In this document: in pieces, positions 18,259 to 27,720 of the stretch | How positions within the stretch are numbered: position 1 is the stretch's first letter | Layout: each line of letters begins with the position of its first letter | Assembly (NCBI GenBank): GCA_964514975.1 | Contig: CAZESS010000007.1 | Location: forward strand, 8,028-72,027 | Length of the DNA: 64,000 bases | Reading direction: 5' to 3' | From: an uncultured Thermoplasmatales archaeon | GTDB lineage: Archaea; Thermoplasmatota; E2; UBA202; DSCA01 | Program-made: the position numbers and the translations under genes | Notes under the pieces: generated by a model | What the model was told of the DNA's origin: nothing | The model's input: the letters and a program-made list of their open reading frames with translations, nothing else | Databases searched by the model: none

Positions 18259-21030
18259 ATGGAAGAAATACAAAGAGATGAATATGGACGACCACGCGTA
18301 TTTTTAGAAGGAGACAACGTGCCAGTGCAGGAGCTTGGAGTGGAATGTCAACGGGAGGGGGGAGCAGGGTTACATCCTCCTGTAAATCGGCTACATGTTT
18401 GGTGGGCGCGTCGGCCTTTAACCGTGAGTCGAGCGGCAATTTTAGGTTCCCTTCTCCCTGAAAGGTATGACAGTAACGACTTTTTGGAATTAATGGGTAT
18501 ACCGCCAAGCAAGGATCCAGTGAAAGCAAAAAAAATAATTGAAGAAGTAAAGGCTGGGCTTCGAAAACGTGTGAGTGACCCGTATGGATATGATAGGGCT
18601 TTTAAAAACGAGTTAACTGCATCAAAGATTTCAGAGCTCCACGATGTTTTGGCGAAAACGTGGAATGAAAACGACATTGTATTGCTAGATTCCTTTGCTG
18701 GCGGCGGTTCCATACCATTCGAAGCAAAAAGGCTAGGGCTTAATGTGGTCATGAATGAATTGAACCCGGTCGCTTCTGTCATTGAACGGGCAACAATTGA
18801 GTATCCCTCTTTATTCGGAAAGGAACTGCTGGACGATATTGAAAAATGGGGAAAAAAGATAGAAGAATCAATAGAAAACCAACTCTCTGAATATTTCCCT
18901 CGAAATCAAGGAGAAAAAAATTTGTGTTACATCTGGGTTCGTACAGTAACATGCCCCCACTGCGAACTTAAGGTGCCACTGTCCCCAAATTTCTGGTTGG
19001 ACAAAGAAAATAATATTGGCTATAAACTGGTGCTTCCTGAAAATGGAAACGAATGCCGTTTTAAGATAGCAAAAAAATCAGATGATTTCGACCCGGGTAA
19101 AGGCACGGAATCTCGTGGGAAAGGACGATGTCCCCGTTGTGGAGAAGTTATAGAAGGTAAAGAAATAAAGCGACAGGCTAAAAATGGAGATATGGACCAT
19201 CAAATGGCGTGTGTTGGTTTCAAGATGGAAGGAAGGAGTGGGAGACATTTCCGTGAAGTTACAGAGATGGACCTTGAAGGATATAAAAAAGCAGAGCAAT
19301 TAATTGAAAAAAAATTGCCAAAATTAAAAGCAAAAGGATTGATACCCGAAGAAGATTATCCTCAAGTTACTAACGATTCAAGACCGCATAACTATGGCAT
19401 GCAACAGTGGTATAAATTTTTCAATTCTCGTCAGCTTTTAGTCCATACTACTACCATGGAAGCAATATTAGGCAAACTAGGTGATGAAATAAGGGACGGA
19501 AAAAAACGTGAGGCTTTACGAGTATATATGCAATTAGCGTTTGATAAATGTATAGACTATAATTCAATACAAACCAGGATGCATTCAACCAGAACTGTAA
19601 TGGTTAATACTTTCGATAGACATGATTTTTCATTTAAATGGTCGTATGGAGAAATAGATGGGGCTGGACAATTATTTAGATGGGCAATTAGTCAAATACT
19701 CGATGCGTATGAAAATTTAGTTGAGTTAATAGGAGATGCAGAAAACAATACAAAGTATTATGCCAGAGACGCAGCCAACTTAATTGACATTATTGACAAG
19801 TCTATTGATGCCGTTGTTATTGATCCACCTTATTATGACAATGTGATGTATGCAGAATGCTCTGACTTCTTTTATGTCTGGATGAAACGCGGCCTCAGCG
19901 ATATATTCCCAGAACTATTTTCTCCAGAGCTAACCAATAAAGAGGATGAAGCCGTTGCAAACAGGGCGAGGTTCAAAGATGCTGCTAGAGGAAAGAAAAA
20001 ACAGCTTGCCGAACAGGATTATGAAGCCAAGATGGCTGCCGCCTTTCGGGAGATGCATCGAGTACTCCGTGATGACGGCGTCATGACGGTGATGTTTACT
20101 CATAAAAAGACAAAAGCGTGGAATGCACTTGCTAGGGGACTCATGGACTCAGGATTCGAAATCACATCGGCATGGCCTATACATACGGAGAGTCAGCATT
20201 CACTGCATCAAGCCAAGAAAAACGCAGCTGCATCCACCATTCTGTTGACCTGTCGGAAACGACCTGAAGACAATGGTACTGGCTGGTGGGAGGAGCTCCG
20301 ACCACAGCTTGAAGAACGGGTCAAAGAACAAGCAGAAATATTTGAACAACAGGGAATCAGCCGCCTCGACCTCTCAATCGCCTGTTTCGGCACCGCTCTT
20401 GAAACTATTTCAGAAAAATGGCCAGTGAAACGAGGCGACGGTACCATCATTTCGCCTGAAGAAGCGCTTGATGCAGCCCGAGAGGTGGTATCCCAATGGT
20501 TCATGGACAAAATTACAAGCGGGGAACGAAAAGCAGTTGACCCTGCAACGCAGTTCTACATACTTGCCTGGTACATCTTCCAGGCGCGGAAATTCCCGTA
20601 TGATGAGGCACGGAAGCTCTCACTTTCTGTCGGCGTCAGTCTCGACGACCTAAAACGACGGAAGCTCTGGCGGAAGAAAGGCAAATATATCATGCTTCGA
20701 AAGCCATCCGACAGAACAGTCCAGGGTGGACTGAAAGCTGGAAAGAAAACCAACAAGTGGCATATCGACTACGTCCACGCCGCGATGCTCGAATACGAAG
20801 AAGAAGGCGCCCAGGGACTCAAACGATTCCATCAGAACAGCGACGCCATGGAGCAGCCTGGCTATCGACATGCCATCTCCTACCTGCTCGACGTACTCCC
20901 ACGGACAGAAGAAGTCACCGAGTATCACACACTGGAAAGCATGTGGGAGTCAACGTATCACGACGTGGTGGACAGAAAACGACCTGCAAAAACGGTTGAA
21001 GGGCGGCAAACGCGCCTCGATGGAGTATAG
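18259..21030 (+). CDS. DUF1156 adenine-specific DNA methyltransferase with Zn ribbon
   Basis: LHVWWARRPL, DSFAGGGSIPFEA (SAM binding), CPHC/CPRC, catalytic DPPYY. ATG 18259 preceded by GGAGG. Confidence 0.9.
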   Translation: MEEIQRDEYGRPRVFLEGDNVPVQELGVECQREGGAGLHPPVNRLHVWWARRPLTVSRAAILGSLLPERYDSNDFLELMGIPPSKDPVKAKKIIEEVKAGLRKRVSDPYGYDRAFKNELTASKISELHDVLAKTWNENDIVLLDSFAGGGSIPFEAKRLGLNVVMNELNPVASVIERATIEYPSLFGKELLDDIEKWGKKIEESIENQLSEYFPRNQGEKNLCYIWVRTVTCPHCELKVPLSPNFWLDKENNIGYKLVLPENGNECRFKIAKKSDDFDPGKGTESRGKGRCPRCGEVIEGKEIKRQAKNGDMDHQMACVGFKMEGRSGRHFREVTEMDLEGYKKAEQLIEKKLPKLKAKGLIPEEDYPQVTNDSRPHNYGMQQWYKFFNSRQLLVHTTTMEAILGKLGDEIRDGKKREALRVYMQLAFDKCIDYNSIQTRMHSTRTVMVNTFDRHDFSFKWSYGEIDGAGQLFRWAISQILDAYENLVELIGDAENNTKYYARDAANLIDIIDKSIDAVVIDPPYYDNVMYAECSDFFYVWMKRGLSDIFPELFSPELTNKEDEAVANRARFKDAARGKKKQLAEQDYEAKMAAAFREMHRVLRDDGVMTVMFTHKKTKAWNALARGLMDSGFEITSAWPIHTESQHSLHQAKKNAAASTILLTCRKRPEDNGTGWWEELRPQLEERVKEQAEIFEQQGISRLDLSIACFGTALETISEKWPVKRGDGTIISPEEALDAAREVVSQWFMDKITSGERKAVDPATQFYILAWYIFQARKFPYDEARKLSLSVGVSLDDLKRRKLWRKKGKYIMLRKPSDRTVQGGLKAGKKTNKWHIDYVHAAMLEYEEEGAQGLKRFHQNSDAMEQPGYRHAISYLLDVLPRTEEVTEYHTLESMWESTYHDVVDRKRPAKTVEGRQTRLDGV

Positions 21031-21033
21031 AGT

Positions 21034-24000
21034 ATGGGTCTCGGAGACCTCCAATATAAACGCGTCTATGTGTCCTGCGTTGACAATCTCGTAGAAGACT
21101 TCTATATCCCCACGCTGTCAGAGAGTGTCCTCTACCAGCGGAAAACTGGCTATTTCAACAGCCGTGCCCTGGCCATGGCAGCCCGAGGCATCTCAGGCTT
21201 GCTTGAGAAAGGCGGTAAAATGCAGTTGCTCTGCTCCGTCGAACTTGACATCGACGACCAAGATGCACTTAAAGATCCTCATAGATACCTCCATGACCAT
21301 GAGGAAGACGTCATCGAGCAATTGCATCAGCCCTATGACGAGATAGAAAAGAAACGCCTAGCATTGCTCGCAAAGCTCCAGGCGCGAAATGCTCTTGAAA
21401 TTCGGGTCTGCGTGAAACAAGGCGGCATCTACCATGAAAAGACAGGGATTTTTGCTGATGAAGATGGCAACTATGTGGTGTTCACTGGGTCTGGCAACGA
21501 GACACCAGGCGGATGGATAAACAACATGGAAAATTTTTCCGTGTTTAATTCATGGGATAGCAAAGAATATGCTGACGAACACCGAGAAATTTTTGAGCGG
21601 CAATGGAACGGAGAATTCCCTGGCCTGCAAACCTATCCTGTTTCCACCGCTATCTATGAGAACATCGCAAGGTTTAGCGATTATTATAAGGAGGGCATGG
21701 ATGAGCCGGTTGACCCTGCAGACACGGGGATAGCTGAATACCGAGAGGACTGGGAATGGGCCCCTGAGCTGGCGTTTATATCAGAGGCACAACGGTTGTG
21801 GAATTACCGCGACTTTGCCTATGGAAGAACCGCGGTAACCCCCTATGACCATCAGGATTACATAGCGTCTCAGGCGCTGGAGGAATGGCCTCCTCGCTAT
21901 ATTCTTTGCGATGAAGTTGGTCTCGGTAAGACTATCGAGGCGGGCATGATAATCCATGGGTATATCGCCTCAGGACATATCCGTCGCCTTCTCATCTTGG
22001 CGCCCAAACATGTGCTTAAACAGTGGCAGCAGGAGTTGTACAGCAAGTTCGGGTTGAAGGTATGGCGGCTTGACGGAGCCCATGTTTATGGACCGAAATT
22101 CCATCCCGAGCATGAGCCGGAGCAAGCACCGTTAAACCCTGAAAATCCCTTTGCAACGAAAGACATGATGCTCGTCTCCAGCCAATATGCCCGTCTGGAT
22201 AATCGGCAGGAACAACTCCTCAATACATATTTCGACATGGTCGTCCTCGACGAGGCCCATCACGCTCGCGCGCACTATAAAGGCGGGAGTAGACAGCCCA
22301 ATAAGCTATTGCAGCTTCTCCAGAGATTGCGGTATCGGACACAGGGCATGCTGCTGCTTACCGCCACACCAATACAGGTAGACCGACGGGAGCTATGGGA
22401 TCTCCTCAATGTGCTGGAGCTTCCTGGCAAATGGCAAAGTCCAGATAAATTCAACGAATTTATACGGGCGCTGGATGCTGAACATATGGACTGGGGTTTT
22501 CTCTTGAAGATGGCAAGTGAATATTATGAGCAAGAGATCGAAGACCCCTCAGAGATTACAACCAACATTCGAGAAGACCATCCTGATGTAAATATTCCCA
22601 AACTGCTCGATATCCTGAGCAAACGAAGGACAGAAGAGGCTTACCATCTCTCCGAAAAAGAAAAAGAAGCTCTCCGTTTGATAGTCTATCGAAGCACCCC
22701 TATCAGAGGAATGGCGTTCAGGCATACCCGAGAACTATTAAAGAAATACAAGGATGAAGGAAAATTCGATGGCAAGATAGCAGATAGGCAGCCACATAAA
22801 ATTTCTATCACTCTACATGGAAGCGAGGACAACGCGACATCTGAGGCAGGTATCTATGAGCGGATAGGGGAATACGTGAAAGAATATTATGGGAAATACA
22901 AAAACATACGAAAAGGCCTTGGATTTGTTATGGTCACATATCGGAAACGGCTTACGTCCTCATTTGAAGCCATCAAAATAAGCCTTCAAAGACGATATAA
23001 AAAACTCGATAAGGCTCTCCAAACAGGTGACCCTTCAATACTCTTCTCGGGGATATTGGATGAAAATATTGACTGGGAAGAGCTTGAAGGCTCCGCGGAT
23101 ATCGAAGACTTTGAAGAACTCGACCTTGCACGAAGCGACGTCAAGGGGGCGTTGCAGCGAGATAAAATCGTGGAGCGCATGCTGTATCTCATCCAAGAAG
23201 AAAAACAATATCTCCAAAGCCTCGTGCATGACCTTGAAAATTTGACAACAGATTCGAAGCTCGAAAACTTCAGAGAACGGCTGACGAATCTCACCAACCA
23301 GGGTATCAGCCAAATAATTGTTTTTTCCCAGTTTAAGGATACCGTCAACTATCTAAAGGACATTTTTTCACATACTTTCGGAGAACGAGTTGGTACCTAT
23401 ACCGGTGACGGCGGCATATATTTTGAAGATGGCGATTGGCGTACATGCTCAAAACAGGAAATCCAGGAAAAATTCAGGGACAATAAGGACCCCCTGTCAA
23501 TTTTGTTTTGCACTGATGCTGCCAGTGAGTCCCTCAACCTACAAACCTGTTCACACATGTTCAACTACGACATCCCATGGAACCCCATGCGAATCGAGCA
23601 GCGGATAGGACGTGTCGACCGCATCGGGCAAGAAGCACCCGAGGTCCACATATATACCTACAGCTACAAGGACACCGTCGAGGAGAGGGCATTTTATCGA
23701 TGCCTCGACCGCATCGATTTCTTCAGGACTACCCTTGGAAACATCCAACCTATTTTAGAAGCTACAAGAAAGGCCATTCATGATGCGACAATGGAACAAG
23801 AAGAATCCCAGGAAGATGATGTTATCGAAGAACATTTCAAATCAGTCGCAGAGATCGAAGAGGACACCACCATTAAGTTTTTGTTAAACACATATGAGCC
23901 CCAATTTGAAAGACTGCATGAGCGGGTACCTGTCAAACAGGATAAATTCGAGCAAATATTATCTAACCGTTTACAGCAGATGGGGTGGACCAAACAGGGT

Positions 24001-24711
24001 AATGTATGGGAAAAAAATGATAAAAAGGTTACATTTGATCTCGAAGCCTTTGACCGAACAGGGGAAGAGGCGCTGCCGCTTACGCCAAAAATGAATCTAG
24101 CAGAAATATTTGGCAATCTCCCACCTGTTCCAGAAAAAATGGAAAACGATGGAGTTGAAGTTCGACGCGTGGAAGCGGAAGGATATACGGGGTTCTTGGT
24201 CTCAAGCAATAGTGGTTATAGGCTAGCGCGGACCATTGATGATTTAACTGGTATGCGCCAGGGCAGAGTTTATCATTCAGTTGAGGATGGTAAAGAAGGA
24301 CTCGCTAGAAAGGTAGAGCAGTTAGAACAACAAAACCTTAAGAGCTCGTTGCAAATCTGGCAACAAAGATATAAGAACTGGAACACACGGGTTGAAATGT
24401 ATCTTGATGAGCTATTCAAATGGGTTAAAGAACAAGAGATACAGCCTGGCTCGCTCGAAACCTTCGGGAAGGACGAACTTATTGGATACTGGAAAAGATA
24501 TCTCTCAGAGTCACAGAGAAAAAATCTGCAGGCACTTGCCGAGCACATTAACTATGGCCCCGATCCTCAAATTGAAGTAACACGGACCAAGGGGAGAAAA
24601 CGGAGAAGTCCACGTGATTCTCAGAAGGAAGAAATGTTCCTGAAAGAACTACAGAGGATAAACGAGAAGATACAATCGCTTAGACAGCGTGAGGTACAAC
24701 TCGAAAAATAA
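21034..24711 (+). CDS. PLD-nuclease-SNF2 helicase fusion
   Basis: HEKTGIF...GSGNET (PLD HxK), DEVGLGKT, DEAHH, LTATP, PWNPMRIEQRIGRVDRIGQ. Confidence 0.9.
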   Translation: MGLGDLQYKRVYVSCVDNLVEDFYIPTLSESVLYQRKTGYFNSRALAMAARGISGLLEKGGKMQLLCSVELDIDDQDALKDPHRYLHDHEEDVIEQLHQPYDEIEKKRLALLAKLQARNALEIRVCVKQGGIYHEKTGIFADEDGNYVVFTGSGNETPGGWINNMENFSVFNSWDSKEYADEHREIFERQWNGEFPGLQTYPVSTAIYENIARFSDYYKEGMDEPVDPADTGIAEYREDWEWAPELAFISEAQRLWNYRDFAYGRTAVTPYDHQDYIASQALEEWPPRYILCDEVGLGKTIEAGMIIHGYIASGHIRRLLILAPKHVLKQWQQELYSKFGLKVWRLDGAHVYGPKFHPEHEPEQAPLNPENPFATKDMMLVSSQYARLDNRQEQLLNTYFDMVVLDEAHHARAHYKGGSRQPNKLLQLLQRLRYRTQGMLLLTATPIQVDRRELWDLLNVLELPGKWQSPDKFNEFIRALDAEHMDWGFLLKMASEYYEQEIEDPSEITTNIREDHPDVNIPKLLDILSKRRTEEAYHLSEKEKEALRLIVYRSTPIRGMAFRHTRELLKKYKDEGKFDGKIADRQPHKISITLHGSEDNATSEAGIYERIGEYVKEYYGKYKNIRKGLGFVMVTYRKRLTSSFEAIKISLQRRYKKLDKALQTGDPSILFSGILDENIDWEELEGSADIEDFEELDLARSDVKGALQRDKIVERMLYLIQEEKQYLQSLVHDLENLTTDSKLENFRERLTNLTNQGISQIIVFSQFKDTVNYLKDIFSHTFGERVGTYTGDGGIYFEDGDWRTCSKQEIQEKFRDNKDPLSILFCTDAASESLNLQTCSHMFNYDIPWNPMRIEQRIGRVDRIGQEAPEVHIYTYSYKDTVEERAFYRCLDRIDFFRTTLGNIQPILEATRKAIHDATMEQEESQEDDVIEEHFKSVAEIEEDTTIKFLLNTYEPQFERLHERVPVKQDKFEQILSNRLQQMGWTKQGNVWEKNDKKVTFDLEAFDRTGEEALPLTPKMNLAEIFGNLPPVPEKMENDGVEVRRVEAEGYTGFLVSSNSGYRLARTIDDLTGMRQGRVYHSVEDGKEGLARKVEQLEQQNLKSSLQIWQQRYKNWNTRVEMYLDELFKWVKEQEIQPGSLETFGKDELIGYWKRYLSESQRKNLQALAEHINYGPDPQIEVTRTKGRKRRSPRDSQKEEMFLKELQRINEKIQSLRQREVQLEK

Positions 24712-24853
24712 TCGCTTGACGATAACCTGTTTTTCTATACTTAACAAACCCCCCGGTCGTGTTAATGTTCTTTAGACCACGAGCTTGGCTTGAACCCGCG
24801 ATGTAGTCAAGGGTTCGGAGATCATTTTTTATATGCATTCACATTATATTCAT

Positions 24854-25036
24854 ATGGTCCAGTGCGAGTTCTGCCTGAACTATAACGGCGATACCTGCAC
24901 CGACTCAGGCGGCGTCAAATATGGCGAAGTCATCGAAGATCCTTATGAGGACATTGCCTGCCCTGCCTATTTCGAGAAGGGAGCCGCAGGAGCACTGAGC
25001 CCCACGTTCGACGATCAATTCTTCGATATGTTCTAG
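24854..25036 (+). CDS. Small Cys-containing acidic protein (CxxC...C...C)
   Basis: MVQCEFCLNY...TC...IACPAY; TATA-like TTTATAT about 25 bp upstream. Confidence 0.55.
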   Translation: MVQCEFCLNYNGDTCTDSGGVKYGEVIEDPYEDIACPAYFEKGAAGALSPTFDDQFFDMF

Positions 25037-25119
25037 CCTCTAAACACCCCTAACAACAAAAAAGACCGGGGAAGGCATGGCTCTGTACGGGGTATCACTA
25101 GAATAAATATATTACAATG

Positions 25120-25151
25120 TACCAAGAAGAGGGTTTACCAAGAAGAGGGTT
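25120..25151. repeat. Perfect 16-bp tandem duplication
   Basis: TACCAAGAAGAGGGTT at 25120-25135 and 25136-25151. Confidence 0.85.
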
Positions 25152-25176
25152 CAGGCCTGTAAATCGTATGGGCGCC

Positions 25177-25728
25177 TTACCGAGGAGTTGTAAGAAAGTC
25201 ATGCGACGTAACGATTCCTACCACCTCACCCTCCTTGGTCACCAGCACAGCATGACAGCCATCTTGCAGGAGCGTCACGGCCCATGATCGTGGAGCATCA
25301 TATGGCACCGTTGGCAGCCCTCTTTTCATCACTCCGCTTACCGCAGTGGTGGGATGCTCCGCTACTTTTCCAAGAATATCCCAGCTAAAGATGATGCCTA
25401 CATAGTGGCCATCCTTTTTGACGGGCAATTGACTATAATCATGCTCGTGCATCAGTTGAGCGGCTGTAGAGATGGTATCCCGGGAATCAATGGCTGTTAT
25501 AGTGGTACACATATACTCGCCAACGGTTTCTGTGTCACTGCTAGGCTCTGAAAGTGCATTCCAGATAGCTCGCAGTCGTTCGTAGTTGGGGATGCGGTCG
25601 CCGCGTTCCAGCTTCGATATCAGCGATTGTGAGAGCCCTGCCTTGCTGGCCAGCTGAGCCTGTGACCAGCCTCGTTCGTTTCGCCGGCGTATGATTTCAT
25701 CTTTGAGGTAGCTATATTTTGGCAACAC
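25177..25728 (-). CDS. XRE-family HTH regulator with tandem CBS domains
   Basis: RRNERGWSQAQLASKAGLSQSLISKLERG (HTH_3); YSQLPV...VGII and VVGIVTSHD (CBS pair). Start codon uncertain. Confidence 0.85.
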   Translation of the reverse strand: MLPKYSYLKDEIIRRRNERGWSQAQLASKAGLSQSLISKLERGDRIPNYERLRAIWNALSEPSSDTETVGEYMCTTITAIDSRDTISTAAQLMHEHDYSQLPVKKDGHYVGIIFSWDILGKVAEHPTTAVSGVMKRGLPTVPYDAPRSWAVTLLQDGCHAVLVTKEGEVVGIVTSHDFLTTPR

Positions 25729-25752
25729 AGTATCATTCCATTTGTAATAACT

Positions 25753-25780
25753 TAATACCTAAATGTATTATAAATGTATT
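25753..25780. promoter_or_regulatory. Candidate operator / divergent promoter
   Basis: Palindrome TAATAC-N6-GTATTA (25753-25770) overlapping a TAAATGTATT direct repeat (25760-25769, 25771-25780) in the 71-bp divergent gap. Confidence 0.45.
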
Positions 25781-25799
25781 GGTTACTAGAATTGATAGT

Positions 25800-26390
25800 A
25801 TGATATACCACCATCATACCGTCTATGAACACGGTGAGCCCGTGGGGGAAATCTTTGTTGACGGCATCGGAGGCGAATGCAGCCTATTTGCCATGCTGCT
25901 ACCCGGATGCATCAAATTGCGGAACAACACAGCGGACTTTACCTTTGGGCAGTCAAGTAACAACCGTTGGATACCGCTTGATGAACGATCTTTAACGGGG
26001 CTGCAAGCTCTCATCAATCTGTGGCTCAAACGACGGCCGCAGCTTGAGCACTATACCCCTCCGCCCGTTCCGTTTTATTATTTTGATGAAAGACCGGATT
26101 CCGATTTCATGGAAGAGTTTGAGATGAAAGAACCACGTGATATATCCAAAGCTGCCAGGCAGCTCCAACAGCGATATGGGATAGAACAGACAGCCGAGCT
26201 ATATGCCCATGGCAAACAAATTGAAGAACTCTACAGGCTCCCCGATGGCACAACCTGTACGCTCAAGCAAGACTGTCTGAGCATTTCCATCAATGGGTCA
26301 GCCCCGCTCATACTCGACGAAACAGATATTCAAACACTCAAGGAATACGTGCAGGTGTGGAAAAAACACTGGCGCAACCAGAGGCAATGA
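25800..26390 (+). CDS. Hypothetical protein, paralog of the downstream gene
   Basis: Start MIYHHHTVYEHGEPVGEIF; stop overlaps the next start (ATGA). Confidence 0.7.
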   Translation: MIYHHHTVYEHGEPVGEIFVDGIGGECSLFAMLLPGCIKLRNNTADFTFGQSSNNRWIPLDERSLTGLQALINLWLKRRPQLEHYTPPPVPFYYFDERPDSDFMEEFEMKEPRDISKAARQLQQRYGIEQTAELYAHGKQIEELYRLPDGTTCTLKQDCLSISINGSAPLILDETDIQTLKEYVQVWKKHWRNQRQ

Positions 26391-26950
26391 TGATATTCAA
26401 GCAGCAAGAGATATTCGAGGATGGCGAGCTACTGGGCGAGATATTCAGCAAAATGCAACATGGGGATTGGACGCTACAGGCAGCTATGCAGACGGATCAG
26501 ATAGGATTTTTCAAAAAAGAATATGAGGATATCCTTGCCTTTGACAAGGATACCATAACGGAGTTGACGACAGCAATTAATGTATGGCAGCAACGGAGAA
26601 TGCAGTACGCCGGGTACTATCCAATTCTCGCCCATGTTAAAGGGCTGGTTGGATATGCCTATATGCCTCCGGGGAGCACCGTGGAAACCAGACTGAACAG
26701 CTCCGAGGTCGATGACGAAGAAACGGTGGAAACGAAAAAAGAAAAGATAGCTGGGTTGCAGAAGATAAAGGAGATATTCTTCAACGATGAGTTCACCAAA
26801 GAACGATTTCTGTTGGATGGCGGGATACTCTGCACCATGACGCGGTCATACATCAGACTTGAGCAGGGAGAAAACACGTTGCGGCTACATGAAGATGACA
26901 GACACACCATAACCGAATGCATCCAGACCTGGAAGAAACGGTGGCCATAA
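26387..26950 (+). CDS. Hypothetical protein, paralog of the upstream gene
   Basis: MMIFKQQEIFEDGELLGEIF aligns by eye with the upstream N-terminus; both end in Q(V/T)WKK(H/R)W. Confidence 0.7.
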   Translation: MMIFKQQEIFEDGELLGEIFSKMQHGDWTLQAAMQTDQIGFFKKEYEDILAFDKDTITELTTAINVWQQRRMQYAGYYPILAHVKGLVGYAYMPPGSTVETRLNSSEVDDEETVETKKEKIAGLQKIKEIFFNDEFTKERFLLDGGILCTMTRSYIRLEQGENTLRLHEDDRHTITECIQTWKKRWP

Positions 26951-27125
26951 CGGAGTTTTGAAAGTACGTACGGGAACCACCCCTTTTTTGTTTATAATTT
27001 TTTCTAACTGTTGGTTCTGTCTCAAGACACGATGGATAACAATGTATTTACCTCTGGGAAGTCTTTGGTTATCCCTCGAATTTGCTGACAATATTTGTTG
27101 TTTCCTCTGTGGCTTTCAAATTGTT

Positions 27126-27371
27126 TTATTCCTCTTTAAAGTCGTCAAGGTCGAGCTGGCGGGCATGTGGCTGAAGAATGGCACCAAACTTCTTAATAAC
27201 GGCAACTTTCTTCTCAAGATCGCGACTTAACACTGCCTCCAGGAGCTCGCGGAATGCCTCGCTCTTATTCCCATTATATCCGATGTCGGCGACCTCCTGC
27301 AGTCGATCTCCAACCCAGCGGTCGACTGCGGCGCCCGCTGTTACCTTTTTCGCGGATCGTGTGTCACGCAT
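27126..27371 (-). CDS. Putative ribbon-helix-helix DNA-binding protein
   Basis: VTAGAAVDRWVGDRLQEVA...NKSEAFRELLE, a CopG/RHH-like pattern; starts 4 bp after the upstream stop. Confidence 0.55.
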   Translation of the reverse strand: MRDTRSAKKVTAGAAVDRWVGDRLQEVADIGYNGNKSEAFRELLEAVLSRDLEKKVAVIKKFGAILQPHARQLDLDDFKEE

Positions 27372-27375
27372 CGTA

Positions 27376-27609
27376 TCAGACTGCCTCCCCGACGGCATAG
27401 CCGTCATTGGTTTGCAGGATGGCGACGCGTTGCCCTTGTAGCTCCAGAAGCCTCTGGTAGTGGTCCTCTCGAAAGGGGAACACGACTGTGCCAACGTCAG
27501 CTAGCGTTACATAGATGTGTCTCTCTTGAAAATGGACATCGTCGAGGACGCCCACCGCCTCCTCCCAGGGCTGCAGATGGATAACCTGCGAGTCTACATC
27601 GCTGTTCAT
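27376..27609 (-). CDS. Small hypothetical protein (77 aa)
   Basis: ATG 27609 with TTTATATA about 25 bp upstream; beta-rich protein-like sequence, operonic with the RHH gene. Confidence 0.55.
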   Translation of the reverse strand: MNSDVDSQVIHLQPWEEAVGVLDDVHFQERHIYVTLADVGTVVFPFREDHYQRLLELQGQRVAILQTNDGYAVGEAV

Positions 27610-27720
27610 CTATAATAGAAAATACCGGTGATATATAAATTTCGCATAACAAAAACTGTGACACGACGACCAATCTACCAGAGGCCATACACGGGAAACA
27701 GCATCGCTGAGAATCTGCAG

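Noticed and set aside
24787-24808. GGCTTGAACCCGCG as a possible distal att (tRNA T-arm-like)
   Set aside because: Only about 7 nt match tRNA-Gly; better explained as a small GAACCC/GGGTTC hairpin.
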